The notes beneath the pieces are model-generated. The model was not told the DNA's origin. It saw only the letters and a list, made by a program, of their open reading frames with translations, and searched no databases. A stretch of DNA of 64,000 nucleotides from Raillietiella orientalis (Eukaryota): positions 1,798,001 through 1,862,000 of the forward strand of contig JAYWIR010000025.1 of NCBI GenBank assembly GCA_036172245.1, given 5' to 3'. Shown here one piece after another: positions 62,750 through 64,000 of the stretch (positions are counted from its first letter, which is position 1; each line of letters opens with the position of its first letter). The position numbers and the translations under genes were made by a program.

Positions 62750-63950
62750 CTTACTTTAAGGAAACAATTCAAATTAAAGTTTGGTTATCGATTACCAAAC
62801 TTTGATCGAGAATCGAAAGATGAAGTTGCGATGATTTCCTGCAAGATGAAAGTCATGATGCAAACCACTTCGTACGCGCTGCACTACATTCCTGTATTTC
62901 TTTTGGTGTGAACAGTCAGTAGTTTTGGTATTTTTATGAGCACATTTGAAACGCAACACTCGAGAGACTACAATCTCGGATTGGTCCAAGAGCACAGCAC
63001 AAAAGATTGCGAGGGCTTTTAAAATAAACTTTTCAATTCAGAGCTGTCCTCAATTGCTACTTAGATAGTATTCTTTTGCTTTACTTCTATTTTGGATGAC
63101 GGCTTTCTGGAAGCTGCTATATGAGCTTCTCAGAAGCTACTGGGAAATGCAAAAACACCATTCTGTGATCCCAAGAACATCAACAAAAAAACGGAGCTAA
63201 ATTCCTTAATTCCTTAAAGTGGACACGATGATGGGAGTGTTGTTCTTGGTGACGTTCCATCGGAGGAGCAAGGCGATTCCAATTTGCTGCCAGCAGGCAA
63301 TCCATGACTTCTCTTCCCGAGCTGCAGATATGAGGGTCGTTGATTTACAACATCAGATCTGCAATGCTTCCGCTCAAGAAGTGATGCTGATGAATCATTG
63401 CGACACGAAGTGTAAGAGTTCTGCTCCTTTCTCCTGCACGTTTGCGAGCTGAATCTGCCTGTGGGAAGCGTAGTCCAGCTTGAAATCGAAGGCGATCACT
63501 CAGACATTTCTTTAAACAGATGAAGGGATTTGATGGAGGGGGAGAAGGAACCACATTTTCGTCATCCCCGCTCAAAGCCGAGTCGAATGCTTTCTCTGCA
63601 GATGCATAGAGACTTTTTTTGTGTTTATGCTTTTTGCTCCTTCTGCATCACTGCGACATGGGATCAAATGCTGAACGGCTCGGTTTAAAAGTTCAGCGTC
63701 CAAAAGTTTCTGCTCGGTCGTCCTGATGCCGGACTTCACTTCCGACTGAATCCAAAGATTTTGGAGGCTGGGAAAAAAATCTGTTTTTCTGAAAGTAACT
63801 TCCATAGGTACTTTCTGTGGTCTGAAGCCACTGAGTATGAGTTCGGTAGCGAGCAACGATGTGCGTATACAAACTTTGCGCGAGGCAGAGCGCAGTTTCC
63901 GCTTCAACGTGGGATATCGCGTTTTTCAGGAGCGACTTGCTGCTCCCAAT
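62750..63950 (-). mobile_element. Decayed CR1-like LINE 3' relic
   Basis: LQNLWIQS (LxWIxS-like) and RNFIFRFSIKVW* (RxFFxxRxxxxWN-like CR1 C-terminus). Confidence 0.4.
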
Positions 63951-64000
63951 GGATACTTTTTCTTCCTTCCTTTTTTAAAATTTGCTTCCCGTTGCTTGAC

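Overview
Eukaryotic (very probably arthropod) genomic DNA; no prokaryotic features are evident. Four protein-coding genes are supported: (1) the 3' part of a GC-rich, intron-dense uninflatable (uif)-like EGF/LamG/HYR transmembrane gene (+, to 14273); (2) an E3 ligase COP1 gene with an intron-free CDS (+, 25543-27465); (3) elongation factor 1-beta (+, 35648-36692); (4) exocyst subunit Exo84/EXOC8 (-, 40563-49273). Between COP1 and EF1-beta lies a decayed CAPON/NOS1AP pseudogene, not evident from the ORF track, split by a pogo/Tigger-like DNA transposon relic. Much of the remaining intergenic and long-intron DNA is decayed non-LTR retrotransposon, including three pieces of an L1/Tx1-like lineage. 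Base composition switches sharply from CpG-rich (uif) to CpG-depleted (housekeeping gene bodies). I found no convincing wholly new biological system. All homology calls come from recalled motifs, not database searches, and coordinates were read by eye.
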